Source of the DNA: Octopus vulgaris | Taxonomy: Eukaryota | DNA length: 64,000 nucleotides | Direction of reading: 5' to 3' | NCBI GenBank assembly: GCA_951406725.2 | Contig: OX597832.1 | Span: 57,784,001-57,848,000 of the forward strand | Program-made: the position numbers and the translations under genes | Part shown: positions 38,116 through 52,872 of the stretch, piece after piece | Numbering within the stretch: the stretch's first letter is position 1 | Layout: each line of letters begins with the position of its first letter | The notes under the pieces: model-generated | The model's database searches: none | What the model saw: the letters and a program-made list of their open reading frames with translations, nothing else | Told to the model about the DNA's origin: nothing

Positions 38116-38598
38116 TTAACCCTCTCATTACCAACCCAGCTAAAACCAGCCCTGGCACCGTAGTACAAATGTCTTGTTTCCATAAGTTTTGAATTAAAAT
38201 CTTCCACCAAACCTTAGTCACAATTTATGTTCCTAACACCAACTTAATGATAACTAAGTTATTTTACTAAATTCTTTGTTATATTTAAAATTAATTGAAA
38301 GAAACACAGAGCATCTCAACAGAAATATGGTAATGAAAGGGTTAAAATATATAATGGAGAAACAAATCTTAACCCTTTTTATACCAACCTGGCTGAAACC
38401 AGCTCTGGCTTTGTAGTACAAATGTCTTGTTTTCATAAGTTTTGAATTAAAATCTTCCACCAAACTTTAGTCACAATTTATGTTCCTAATACTAGCTTAA
38501 TGATAACTAAGTTATTATACTAAATTCTTTGTTATATTGAAAATTAATTGAAAGAAACACAGAGCATCTCAACAGAAATATGGTAATGAAAGGGTTAA
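38116..38598 (+). mobile_element. Tandem dimer of 222-bp piggyBac-type MITE (family 1)
   Basis: TTAA-CCCT...AGGG-TTAA units at 38120-38341 and 38373-38594, separated by a 23-bp spacer. Confidence 0.88.
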
Positions 38599-39084
38599 TC
38601 CAGAAGGCTTTGCCTATACCTTTCCAGACAATGTTCGGATGGTGCATTTTACATGTCACTGGCACATGAGTCAGTCAGGCGGGCATAGCATCGATCATGT
38701 TTGGATGGTGCTTTTTACATGTCATTGGCACAGGAGCCTGTCATCGATCACATTCCGATGGTGCTTTTTATGTGCCATCAGCACAGGAGCCAGTCAGGCG
38801 GGCCTGGTATCGTTCATGTTTGGATGGTGCTTTTTACATGCTACCAGCATGGGGCCCAGTCAGTGTGTATTGGCATCAGTGACGACACACACACACATTA
38901 CACTTTTACTAGTTTCAGTCATTGAACAGTGGTGATGCAAGACTTTTTTGGCATTTGTCATGTGTTGTGAAAGAAATTCATCCTTTGATTAGTGTATGTG
39001 ACAATGCAAGGTGGAAACAAAAACAAAAAACAACAGTGCAGAATTCAGTGTTGTAAAAATTTGATTGACATCCCAATAATTATT

Positions 39085-39763
39085 TCTAATTTTAGCACAA
39101 GTCTAATAACTTTTGTAGGAGCAGGGTGCAAATCAGTTACATCAACCCCAGTGCTTGACTGGTACTTAGTTTCTTGGCCTCTGAAAAGATGATCCTGTTG
39201 AGATTTGAACCCAGAATATAAAAAATTGGGAGAAATACTGCTAACAATTTTATTTGACACACTAATGGTTCTTTTCTACTCTAGGCACAAGGCTTGAAAT
39301 TTTGAGGGGAGGGGCCATTCAATTAGATCAACCTCAGTACGTCTCTGGTACTTAATTTAGTGACCCCGAAAGGATGAAAGGCAAAGTTGACCTCAGCAGA
39401 ATTTGAACTGAGAACATAAAGACAGACGAAATATCGCTAAGCATTTTGCCTGGAGTGCTAATGTTTCTTCCTGCTCACCACCTTAGCACACACTAATGAT
39501 TCTGCCAGTATGGTATCAAATAAGACAAAGGCGGCGAGCTGGCAGAATCGTTAGCATGCCGGGCGAAATGCGTAGCTGTATTTCGTCTGTGGTTACGTTC
39601 TGAGTTCAAATTCTGACGAGGTCGACTTTGCCTTTCATCCTTTCGGGGTCGATAAATTAAGTACCAGTTATGCACTGGGGTTGATCTAATCGACTTAATC
39701 CCTTTGTCTGTCCTTGTTTGTCCCCTCTGTGTTTAGCCCCTTGTGGGTAGTAAAGAAATAGGT
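39085..39763. mobile_element. Cluster of SINE family B (two minus-strand copies, one plus-strand copy)
   Basis: The plus copy 39530-39763 has the alternative tail ttaatccctttgtctgtccttg...gtaaagaaataggtat. Confidence 0.85.
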
Positions 39764-39779
39764 ATCAAATAAGACGAAG

Positions 39780-40760
39780 GATATCGATATAGAAATCATA
39801 TCTCAAAAATATGATATTGTACACAGAAATAATATTGAAACAAGTGATATCGAAATAGAAATATTTAAAAAGTGATATCTGCATTTAAATTACATGTAAG
39901 TATCTAAATAATAAAGTCATATAAATTGAAATGATATCTGAATAGGAATGATATCTAAATGGAAATGATCTATCGGCAGAAATAATGTTTAAATGGAAAT
40001 GACAGAGAAATACAAAAGTTATGTAAACAGTAATGATATGTTAGTAGAATTTATTTCTAAATAGGAATGATATATCTATAAAAATGATATCTAAATTGCA
40101 ATGATATTCTTATGGAAATGATGACTATATAGCACTGACATTTTCATGGAAATGATAATTAATTGGAAATATGTCAATAAAATGGTATCTAAATAGAAAT
40201 ATTTTCAGAAAATGGTATCTTTACATAATGCAGAAGTAGAAATGATATTGTAAAATAATGATATCCAAATAGAAATGTTATCTTCACAGAATGATATCCA
40301 AACAGAAATGATATCTTCATAGAATGATATCTAGATAGAAATGTTATTTTAATGTAATGATATCCAAATAGAAATGATATATTCACAGAATGATATCTAG
40401 ATAGAAATGATACTTTAATATAATGATATCCATATAGAAATGATATGTAAACAGAATGATCTCCAAACAGAAATAATATTGTAATATAATGATATCCAAA
40501 TGGAAATGATATTTTAACAGAATGAAATCCAAACAGAAATGATATTTTAATATAATGATATCCAAGTAGAAATGATATCTAAGTAGAATGATACCCATAC
40601 AGAAGTGATATCCAAATAGAAATGATATTGTGATAAAATGATGTCCAAATAGAAATGATATCTAAATAGAAATAATCTAAAAATGATATCAAAAAATACA
40701 AATGCTATTTAAATAAAACAATATTTAAATTAGAAATGATATCACGACAGAAATGGCGTG
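39780..40760. repeat. AT-rich degenerate minisatellite (about 16-17 bp subunit, 33-bp higher-order unit)
   Basis: Recurrent gaaatgatatc/aatgatatccaaatag; units at 40260, 40293, 40326 and onward. Confidence 0.85.
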
Positions 40761-40831
40761 TAAATAATAATAATAATAACAATAATAATAATAATAACAA
40801 TAATAACAATAACAATAATAATAACAATAAC

Positions 40832-40868
<37 letters not shown>

Positions 40869-41404
40869 TGAAAATATAATATCTAAATAGAAATAATAAT
40901 CTAAATGAAAAGGCATAATCGCAACTGAGAAAATTACTGATTAAATTGTAAACATATTTCCAAAATAAAAACGAAAATTGTTCTCAATTTTAGTTATTAG
41001 CAAAAGTACATGGAAATGTCACCCATATTTTTTTCCCAATCCCCCCTCACATTTTCTCTCTTTGTTTTCTCTTTTTCATATGTACACATGCACACACACA
41101 CATGCACACACACATATATATATATGCACACACACACATAGGAAAACAGAATGATACACATCCATATACACACATGTACATCACACACATATGATGTATG
41201 CGTTTATATATACACAGACCCATGCATGCACACATGAGCAGGCACACACGTGTATACACACACACACACACACACACACAAAAGCAGAATTACACACACT
41301 CATATACATATACATACACATGTACATCACACACATGTATGCGTTTATATCTACATAGACCCATGCATGCACACACGTGCATGCACACATGCACACACGT
41401 ATGC

Positions 41405-41441
<37 letters not shown>

Positions 41442-42105
41442 GAATGACACACACTTCCATATACATACACATGTACATTACGCACACATATGCATGCGTT
41501 TATATATACACCGACCAATGCACGCGCACACACACACACACACGAAATAAAATTGAATTCAAATTTGATTATGAAGAAATTCCAACTTAAAAGGGCTTGG
41601 GGGTGTTTAGAGTATTTCACAGGTCAAGAAATGATTGGAAACGGTAAAGAGAGAGAGAGAGGGGGGTTGGGTGGAATGGCTGGGTGTGTCTCAAAGACTT
41701 TGTATGCAAGTATCTCTCATTAGCCTGGCTCACATTTACTACATTTTCACGGCTGAAATAGATTGGATTCAACAACAATCTGGATGAAGCGATAATTACC
41801 AATAGTTACAAGACAATTATTCCACTGTCAGCTTCCCATTTCCTCTATGCTACTGATGCTAAAAAAAGAATGGCTTGCTGACGAGTTATACCGAAATTAG
41901 GCTGCCATTTTTACCTTGTTCTCGTCGATAGCAAGATTAATTGATTCCAAACAACCGCTATTCCGCTGTTCTGTTGTTTTGTTATTCTGTGACATAGCAG
42001 TGCTATCTGTGTTATGTCTCTCTCTATCTGTGTTGCCTTATGCCTGTGTTGTGTGTGTGTGTGTGTGTGTGTGTGTGATTGTGTGCGTTTATATGTTTTA
42101 TATAA

Positions 42106-42335
42106 GGCGGCAAGCTGGCAGAAACGTTAGCATGCCAGGCGAAATGCCTAGCGGTATTTCGTCTGCCGTTACGTTGTGAGTTCAAATTCCGCCGAGGTCG
42201 ACTTTGCCTTTCATCCTTTCGGGGCCGATAAATTAAGTACCAGTTACGCACTGGGGTCGATGTAATCGACTTAATCCCTTTGTCTGTTCTTGTTTGTCCC
42301 TTCTGTGTTTAGCCCCTTGTGGGCAGTAAAGAAAT
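42106..42335 (+). mobile_element. Full-length SINE family B (tail type 2)
   Basis: ggcggcaagctggcagaaacgttagc...gagttcaaattccgccgaggtcgactttgcctttcatcctttcgggg...gtaaagaaata. Confidence 0.88.
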
Positions 42336-42387
42336 ATATATGTTTTATGTCTCTGTGTGTATGTGTTTGCATATGTCTGCATGTGTA

Positions 42388-42512
42388 CAAAGGGGTGCTG
42401 AAAAATTCCTGGCTTTAAGAGTATCGCAAGAGGTCTGGTTGGAGACCCAGCCTTCCTAGTTCTTTTAGAGGGCTTAGAAAAACTGAGAGGAGAATATGTC
42501 GAATAAAATCAT
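42388..42512 (+). mobile_element. Mariner-derived MITE fragment truncated by a SINE A insertion
   Basis: TA followed by caaaggggtgctgaaaaattcctgg (mariner-like TIR), then the transposase end ...RGEYVE*. Confidence 0.55.
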
Positions 42513-42841
42513 AGGAGTGGCTGTGTGGTAAGTAGTTTGCTTACCAATCACATGGTTCCGGGTTCAGTCCCACTGCACGGCACCTTGGGCAAGTGTCTTC
42601 TACTATAGCCTTAGGCCGACCAAAGTCTTGTGAGTGGATTTGGTAGATGGAAACTGAAAGAGCACCGCCTTTAGTCAAAGAAGTCGACCCCAGGACTTAT
42701 TTTTTGTAAGCCTAGTACTTATTCTATCGGTCTCTTTTGCTGAACCACTAAGTTACAGGGACGTAAAATAAATAAATAGACATAATATAATGTATAAAAG
42801 TTGATGAATACCACCTCTTGATCCCCTCCATTTTCTTATTG

Positions 42842-42899
<58 letters not shown>

Positions 42900-45201
42900 A
42901 TGTATATATTTATGTGTGTGTGTGTCTATAATTGTCCCTCTATAATTGTTTGACAACCGATGCTGGTGTGTTTCTATCTCTGTAACTTAACAGTTTGGCT
43001 AATTAAAACATTCCATCAAAATTTTAAATAAATTCTTCATTATTTTCAAAATTAATTGTCTCAGGGGGCAGCATATTTCAACAGGAATATAGTAATAAAG
43101 GGGTTAAACAGTGGAAAAAAACCATTACACTGTTCAAACAGGGGAGGAAAAAAAAACCTGAAGCCCCAACTAATCCCAATTGCTCCAACAATATGCAAAT
43201 ACTTCATATTTCCAGAAACCTTTTAACCCATGTTGGCAAAGTTGATGGGGAGGAATGGATATACCCCCAACCCAGCCATGACCACCCTGCCATTCATATG
43301 CATTTGTACATGTAAAACATGCACGTATTTTATTGTTTGCATGTAACTCTACCTGTTTCCCCTGCTGGTGCGTCTACGCATGCAATGTTACGCAATTATA
43401 TTCATAAGAATTTCTTTATATGCATGCTTTAGTCTTGCACCAGAATCTAGTTCTTCGTTGTCTCTCTCCCTCACAGTCTGTCTGTCTGTCTGTCTGTTAC
43501 TCTCATTGTTTGTTTATTTATTATATATATATATATATATATATATTTTTTGTCTGCACAGTTCTTTGCTCTTCGTGTGTTCCTCGAATTGATGCTGCAA
43601 TATGCAGTTGACAGGCAGAAGGAATGCATTATCAGAAGAGCTATCTCTTGCCTCCATTGATTCTCATTTTATGATATGTCAGGCCAGGGGAAAGCTGTTG
43701 TTTTGATGCAGTGAAATAAGAGCCACTTGTATTTAACCTGGATATCTCCTGCCCTCTCGTCTGCCGCCGTCACCCGTCTACTGTGGTTGTCATTTCTCTA
43801 TGATTCTCCTCATTTTTTTGTCAGTATGTTTTAATGTCAGTATTCAGATCTTGCTGTGAGAGAGAGAGAGACAGAGAGACAGAGAGAGAGAGAGTGGATC
43901 AGAGAGAAAGAAGAAGTGAGAGAGGAAAAGAGAAGGAAAAGAGAAATTAGAGGAGAGACAGAGACAGAGAGTCAGAAACAGACATAATGATAGCGAAATC
44001 AAAAAAAATAATCAAAAACAAAAAAAAAACAGGGAAAGAAGCATATGGTTTCCTTTTATATATTTATTTTTTGTAATTTTTCATTTTTTTGTTTTGTTTT
44101 TTTGAAGAATGCTTCTTGCAATCATTCCTACATTAACCAATTCCAATATCTCTAGTCAAAGAAATTAGACATTCACACAGACATTGATTTCTTTTGACGT
44201 GGCATATCAGGACAAATTTTTGAAGTGGGTGACTGATTTAGGCCCACATGCATTACTGGTATGTTTTTTTTTACACTGCACCCCACCTCTAACTATGAAG
44301 CACCAGAATTACTGCTTGGATGAAAGGTGAAATAGAATTTAAATACAGAATCTTGAGAGAAGTAAAATATTGCAAAGCAATTAATTAGGTTTCTCTCATT
44401 TCTGGCAGTTTTTTTTTCCTCTATTTAATTCTACACAGTTATTGGTTGAGGTTTAACTATATCGGGATCTCATTTCAAATGGAATTCACTGCCAAAGATT
44501 TTCAATTAATTTTTCCAAAATAATCAACAATTTGAAAGGATTCTGTTAAAGAACTAATTTTTTATCTCTTTTTTTTTTCTCCTCCAACGTAAAACTGATG
44601 TTGCAAGATAAGTTAACAGGAAGATTCTTACATTAAATTATAATGTAAAAAAACTTTTATTTTTAAATCTAAATACAATTACTTCAAAATATAAAGTGCA
44701 ATGTTTTGTATCATAAAACCAGAGGTAGTCTCTGGTGGTTTGGTACCAAACAATTTAATCCATTTGAGACCAACCTGTTTGAAACTAGGTTCGACCTGTT
44801 TGAGATCGACCTTGGTTCAGTGATACAAACGTCCTGCTTAAAATAGAAGGGTAAAGAGTAAAGACCCCCATCAGTCGTGAATGACTATAGGATTGCACCA
44901 CCTAGAAAGTTCCCCTCTGAGGCTGTGTATTGTGTTCTTGAGCAAGACACTTTATTTCACATTGCTCCAGTTCACTGAGCTGTAGAAGTGAGTTGCAACG
45001 TCACAGGTGCCAAGCTGTATCAGCCTTTGCTTTTCCCTCGGATAACTTTGATGGCATGGAGAAGGTAGGCTGGTATGCATGGGTTACTGCTGACCTTCAA
45101 TAAACAACCTTGCCTGGACTTGTGCCTCGGAGATGGCCAAAGGGTGTCTTCATACATACATATATACATACAGACATACATACATACATACATACATATA
45201 T

Positions 45202-45565
45202 AATTAAGAGAAGAAAATAGGGAGTTGCTGGTTAATATCAATTTATTAATAAATTGATAATCATTTCTTCCTACAGCTGTTTCCATTTGTATTCATTGAA
45301 TTAATTACAAATTTATGCATTAAATTTGCATTATATAAATTATGATTTTTAGTCCGTTGGAATGAACAGATAGGTCAGCATCTACATTTATAATGTCTAA
45401 CTTTTCCCTGATGATATTTTGCTCATAATTCATATATGCCAATTTAATGCATAAACCTATAATTTATTTAATGAGTACAAATAGAAACAGGTGTAGGAAG
45501 AAATGATTATCAATTTATTAATAGATAAATATTAACCAACTAATCCTCATTTTCTTCTCTTAATT
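45202..45565. repeat. Long imperfect inverted repeat (about 144-bp arms), Penelope-like fold-back
   Basis: 45202-45345 is the diverged reverse complement of 45423-45565. Confidence 0.88.
45402..45501 (+). ncRNA. Complete type I hammerhead ribozyme with long stem II
   Basis: TTTTCC-CTGATGA(45408-14)-tattttgctcat...atgagtacaaata-GAAA(45484-87)-CAGGTG-TA-GGAAGA. The inverted arm retains the palindromic CAGCTG stem III. Confidence 0.78.
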
Positions 45566-45669
45566 TAATACGGATTATATACATAATATATACCTATTGA
45601 TTTAGGGAAATTTTATTCCCCAAAGATGTAAGGTATAGAATCAGTGTTTTCTTGGATGTAATCATCCTT

Positions 45670-45702
<33 letters not shown>

Positions 45703-46001
45703 TGTGTGTGTGTGTGTATATATATATATGTGTATGTATATATGTTTGTGTATATATATGCATGTATATATGTACGTATGTATATATATATGTATGTATG
45801 TATATATATATATGTATGTATATATGTATATATATGTATATATGTGTGTATGTAAATATGTATATATATGTATGTATATAAATATGTATATATATGTATG
45901 TATATATATATATATATGTATATATATGTATGTATATATGTATATATGTAAGTATGTATATATATATTTATGTATATATGTATATATATGTATGTATGTA
46001 A

Positions 46002-46055
<54 letters not shown>

Positions 46056-46367
46056 ACATACATACATACATATATATATCTGTTTATGTGTGTGTGTGTT
46101 TGTCCTCTACTACTCCTTGATAACTGGTGTTGGTTTGTTTATTTCCCAGCTGCAACTTAGCGGTGTGACAAAAAAGACCAGGCTTTTTTTTTTTTTTTTA
46201 AAGTAAGTACTGTGGTCGGTTTGTCTGACTAAATACTTCAACGCAGTGCTCCAGACTGGCTGCAGTTCAATGACTAAACACAACCAAAAGATAAAAGAAA
46301 CATTAGTTTTTTTTTCCTTTTTGTTGGTGTAAAAGAATGTTTTTATCTCAACATTGAGATAGGTGAA

Positions 46368-46780
46368 GGCAGTGAGCTGGCAGAATCATTAGCACGCTGG
46401 GCAAAATGCTTAGCGGTATTTCATCTGCTGCTACGTTCTGAGTTCAAATTCTGCTGAGGTCGACTTTGCCTGTCATCCTTTTGAGGTTGATAAATTAAGT
46501 ACCAGTTGCATACTGGGGTCGATATAATTGAATTGCTCCTTCCCCCAAAATTTCAGGCCTTGTGTCTATACTATATTTTTTAAGGCGGCAAGCTGGCAGA
46601 AACATTAGCACACTAGGTGAAATGCTTAACAGTATTTTGTGTGTCTATGGTTTGAGTTCAAATTCCATCAAGGCCGACTTTGCTTGTCATCCTTTCAGGG
46701 TCGATAAATTAAGTACCAGTTGAGTTGGAGAGAGAGAAATTCTCAAAATTTTAGGCTTTGTGTCTAGAGAAGAAAAGAAT
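46368..46780 (+). mobile_element. Two tandem SINE family B copies
   Basis: Head-to-tail family B copies. Confidence 0.85.
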
Positions 46781-48006
46781 ATTGAGATAGGTGTAAAAAT
46801 GTAAGAAACTATACTTTTTTTCTTTTTTTAAATTTACAATAAAATTTAAATGCTCTCAAGCTGGGTGGGTGGCCATTTTTGAGATGGTCGTGTTTTCTAT
46901 GTAGTCCTCAACTTCCTTGTCAGGTATTTTCAAGGTAGAGAAGATAGAAAAAAAAGAAGAGAGGTAGAGAGAGAAATGTGAGAAAAAAAAATTATTTAAA
47001 AAAAGGATAAAACTTGTTTGAAAAGATTTCTGTTCCATTTTTGTAAGTTGTCATAAACTGATGTAATTTAAATATATAAAAGAAAAAAAACAGAAGAAAA
47101 AATATCCAACCAACCAAAGCAAAAAAATATCAAAAGTAATAATTAAATATTAAGTAAAAATAAATGAAAGTATTTCAAATCCTTCCTTTACTGATGATAA
47201 TTCCGGATAAAAAATAGGAAAAAAAAATGCTTTTCTCTTGAATTCATATTTCTGCTTGTTTGGTGTCCATTCAGCTGTCTATCTGCTCTTTTCTTCTATT
47301 TTCTTCTTACAATATAATCAAAACACAAAAAAGAAAGTAAATCTTACACACACTCTGTCTGTTTGTCTGCCTGCCTGCCTCTCTCTCTCTCTTTCTTCTC
47401 TCTCTTTCTTCTCACATGCTAACTCTCTCCATCTCTCTCTCTCTCTCCCTCTCCCTCTCTCTCCCTCTCCCTCTCTCTCTCTCCCTCTCTCTCTCCCTCT
47501 CTCTCTCCCTCTCCCTCTCTCTCTCTCCCTCTCTCTCTCTTTCTTCTCATTCTGCCACATGCTAACTCTCTCCATCTCTCTCTCTCCCTCTCTCTTCTCA
47601 TTCTGTCACATGCTAACTCTCTCCATCTCTCTCTCTCCCTCTTTCACACACACACACATGAACATACTATCTCTTCCCCTTTCTCTTTCTCTCTTTCTCT
47701 CATTCTATCTTGTCCATACTCTCTCCATTCCTCTCTTTCTTACTTAATCTCTCTCACACTATCTCCTTCCCCCTTTCTTTCTTTCCCTTACTCCCACTCA
47801 CAGTCACTTCATTCCTCTCTTTCTCACTCACTCAGTCACTCTCTCTCTCTCTCTGTCTGTCTGTCTGTCTCTCAAACACACATATATACTCTTTTGTCCT
47901 TCTCATTTCTCTCACTCATTTCCTGTTTCTTTTTTTCACTCCTTACCTAACAAGCCAGCCATCACACACATTCTCTCTCTCTCTCTTCCTCTCTCTCTGT
48001 GTCTTC

Positions 48007-48038
<32 letters not shown>

Positions 48039-49430
48039 ATGACAGATATTCAAATCTATATTGACATCCATCAACCCAATGCACCCACACATTCATCAGG
48101 CCATTTGATTTCAGGAAATCAAAAAAAATAAAAACCTACAAAAGAAAAACTAAACCTCCAAATACATAGACACAGTGTACCATAGTGATGTTTCTTATTC
48201 TCTACATGATGCAGATACACACACACACTTTCTCTCACTCAGCCAACCTCTCTCACATACACACAGACTCTCTCTTCACCCCCACACATTGTCTCTGTCC
48301 CTGTCTGTCTGTCTGTCTCTCTCTCACACACACATACACTCTTGCTCTTCCAACCTCTCTCACATACACAGACACTCTCTCTTCACTCTCATACATTGTC
48401 TCTCTCCCTGTCTGTCTTTCTTTCTCTCTCTCACACACACACACACACACACTCTCTCTCTCTCTCTCTCTCTCTTCACCCCCACACATTGTTTCTGTCT
48501 CTGTCTGTCTCTCTCTCTCTCTCACACACACATATTCAATGTCCACTTTTCCTTGGTGGCAAGGGTCAGACAGAATACATTGAAGGTCATTCTGCTGCCA
48601 GATGCCTTCCCCGTCACCAACTCTCATCTGTTTTCAAGCAAGGTCCTTATTTTCTCATAACCAGACTCGTTTTCATAGAAGAATGAAAATGAATGACACT
48701 GCTTATGTGGCAGCAACTCGACTCTTGCACAATACCATATCAAAATAAGAAAACACACACAGTGGCTACAGGTGCAGCATTGGCTGTGTGGTCAGTAGCT
48801 TGCTTACCAACCACATAGTTCCAGGTTCAGTCCCACTGCGTAGCACCTTGGGCAAGTGTCTTCTACAATAGCTTTGGGCCAACCAAAGCCTTGTGAGAGG
48901 ATTTGGTAGACGGAGACTGAAAGAAGCGCATGGTATATCATCATTGTCGTTTAACATCTGCTTTCCGTGCTGGCATGGGTTGGATGGTTTGACTGAGGGC
49001 TGGCAAGCCAGAAAGCTGTGCCAGGTTTCTACAGCTGGATGCCCTTCGTAACACCAACCACTCCCAAGAGTGTAGTGGGTGCTTTTTATGTGCCACCAGC
49101 ACGAGATCCAGTCAGGCGGTACTGGCATTGGCATGTATCTTCTACTACAGCTTTGGGCCAATCAAAGCCTTGTGAGTGGATTTGGTAGATAGAAACTAAA
49201 AGAAGCCTGTTGTATATATATATATATATATGTATGTATGTGCATGTGTGTCTGTGTTTTCCCCACCCCCAACATCACTTGACAACCGATGCTAATGTGT
49301 TTACATCCCCATGTCTTAGCAGTTTGGAAAAAGAGAATGATAGAATAAGTACTAAGCTTACAAAGAATAAGTCTTGAGTTCTTTATTTCTAGGTGAATTG
49401 TCCATGTTCCTATGAACTGGTCACCTCCAA

Positions 49431-49464
<34 letters not shown>

Positions 49465-49670
49465 ATTATATGTGTATAATAATAATATATATATGTGTAT
49501 AGAACAAACACAAAAAAAACGTGAGGACGTGGTACATGTAAAGTATTAGCAGACGCTCAAGGGAGGAAAGAAAGATGGTTTAAGATTTTGAGCAAAGCTC
49601 TTCTTTCAGAAACGGAGGAAAATCCAATAGAAAAGGAAGATTCACATGTGGTTACATTTTGAAATGCAAT

Positions 49671-49709
<39 letters not shown>

Positions 49710-50039
49710 TTATAATTTAAGGGAGCAGGGCGAAACAACCTGTCTCCTTCGGAGTTATTCAGTAGTTTCCTAGTGCCTTGGCATTTATTTCAAGCATGTA
49801 GGAGACTCATTTTGTCCTGCCTTAGATTATGAAATTTTAATTTCATGCTGACTACCTGATATCTCATTAATGCATGTAGGTGGGCGGGACAACATGTCCA
49901 AATGGAACTATCATGGATATTAGTTTGATGTCTGTAAACTGGCTTTGTGTCACTAAGTACTTGCAGCTCATAAATATACATACATACTTACATACACACA
50001 TACACACTCTACATTATGTATCGTTCTTTTCTGTTTGTG

Positions 50040-50911
<872 letters not shown>

Positions 50912-52192
50912 GAATGATTTTTCTATGTGCATTGTTTCATTGTTTAATAGTTATTGTGAAATTATGTAACCCATCCATTTCTTCTTGGTTTTTCTCTATC
51001 TTAGCGTTAGAATCTATTGTTTTCCCTCCTTAATTGCTGCTTTGCATTTCTTAAGAGAAAAAGAAAAAAACCAAAAAAAAAAAATAACAACAAAAACAAA
51101 AGCAAAAGCATATAATAATAAAATAAGCAGTTATTATATTGCTTATTACTTTCTCCCTTTGTATTCTGTAGGGCTTTATGGCATATTCTTTCAACTGTTT
51201 CGATATTATACCTTAATTTATTCCTTGGTATCGTATTTCGCTTTCTACTTTACTATTATTATTAAGCAGGCATTTAAGACATCACCCCCACCCCCACTGC
51301 CACCACCCATTCTCTCTCTCTCATATATTCCTAAATTGACCAGCTTTTGTCAGCCTTGTTATTGTTTTATGCGGAGAAAATTCGGTAAAAATAAATAAAC
51401 TTCCTAAGACTTCTAAAGCATTTTATCCTTCCGTTCAGTTTTGTTTTATTTAAATAATTCCCTCCACTATTGTTGTTGATGTTTTTGTTTGTTGTTGTTT
51501 CTTTTCTTTCTTTTTCTTTTCCTTTTTTTTTTTTTTTGTCATTGCTATTTTCTGATAGCAGTATCACTCTTTTGGGCTATAAATATATTATTTCCTTTTA
51601 TAAACAAGAGAAAAATTTTTAAAGCTTGGCTTGTGTAAATCATTCCTATTTTCTGAACAATGATTTAATAAAATTTGTTCTTTATGGTGTTTCATAAATT
51701 GTTTCATTGTGTGATGTGCTTGTTGGCGACGACTTAAAGTGTTGGATTGCGGAATGTAAGAAATACCTTCTCTTCCCAATAAAGCGATTACAATCACAAT
51801 CACACTCTTTGAAAGAACAGAGGGAAAATATATTCTCTTGTTACATAATTAGTTTTTAAAAGTATTTTCTATAAATCTGATTGTTGTTTCGGTTGGATAT
51901 TAAGGAAGATGCGGGGGTGGGGTTTATCTATCCATTCATATTTACCGTTAGACACTCATTGTTTCCTTTTCTCTCTCTTTTTTTTTTTTTTACTGTAGAA
52001 AGTAGAGTGTCTCAGAGTTGAATGCAAATTCTTCAATCAGGATGTCTTTATCTTTTAAATCTTTTAATTTGCTTCTGTCGTTAGATTGTGGCCATGCTGG
52101 GGCACCCACCCTCAGTACTTATTTCTATCAGTCTCTTTTCCCAAACCTCTAAATTGTGGGGGATGTATACACATTGACACATGCACATCTAT

Positions 52193-52241
<49 letters not shown>

Positions 52242-52440
52242 TAAACTCATAAACTCATAAGCCCTGTATGCAGAACCTAAAGATTGCTTGGAGACACTAG
52301 GCATGTTATTGAAAGCTGCCTAGAAAATATCTCCAATGTATGAAACTATTAGTAGCTTGTAACTATATACTGTATACATTAAACCACACACACACACACA
52401 CCATCATCATAAGTCTGTTGTCTATGCTGGCATGAGCTGG

Positions 52441-52479
<39 letters not shown>

Positions 52480-52484
<5 letters not shown>

Positions 52485-52860
52485 TAATCCAAACAAGAAA
52501 GCACAAAAAACACAACAACGCCAGGACGTGGAACAAATATAGTATTATTGGACGCTCAGGAAAGGAGGGTTTAACGTTTCGAGGAGAGCGCTTCATCGGA
52601 AACATAGGAGAAGGGAAGACAGAGGAAAAAAATCGCCAACAGTACACACGCGGTCTATATATATAGCAATATAACTATACATGGCTCGTTGGCGATTTCT
52701 TTTCCTTCTTTGGACTTTTCCCTCTCTCCTTCCAATGAGGAGCTATGCTTGAAACATTAAACTCTTTCCTTTCACCAAGTGTCAAGCTTATACACTTCTT
52801 GTGTATGTCCTCATGTTTGTTGTTTTACTTCTTATTTTCATTTTTTTTCTGTTTATTTGA
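52480..52860. mobile_element. Divergently oriented pair of Penelope-like pLTR fragments
   Basis: The minus copy contains GTTT-CcGATGA-a-gcgc-tct-cctc-GAAA-CG-TT-AAAC (52603 to 52569). The plus copy contains ccaATGA-g-GAGC-tat-GCTT-GAAA-ca-tt-aaac (~52731-52763). Confidence 0.7.
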
Positions 52861-52872
52861 ATTGGACTATAT

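Noticed and set aside
47380-47700. Polypyrimidine triplex element (and C-rich tract 17140-17345 as a G-quadruplex)
   Set aside because: Ordinary low-complexity sequence in this genome; nothing indicates function.
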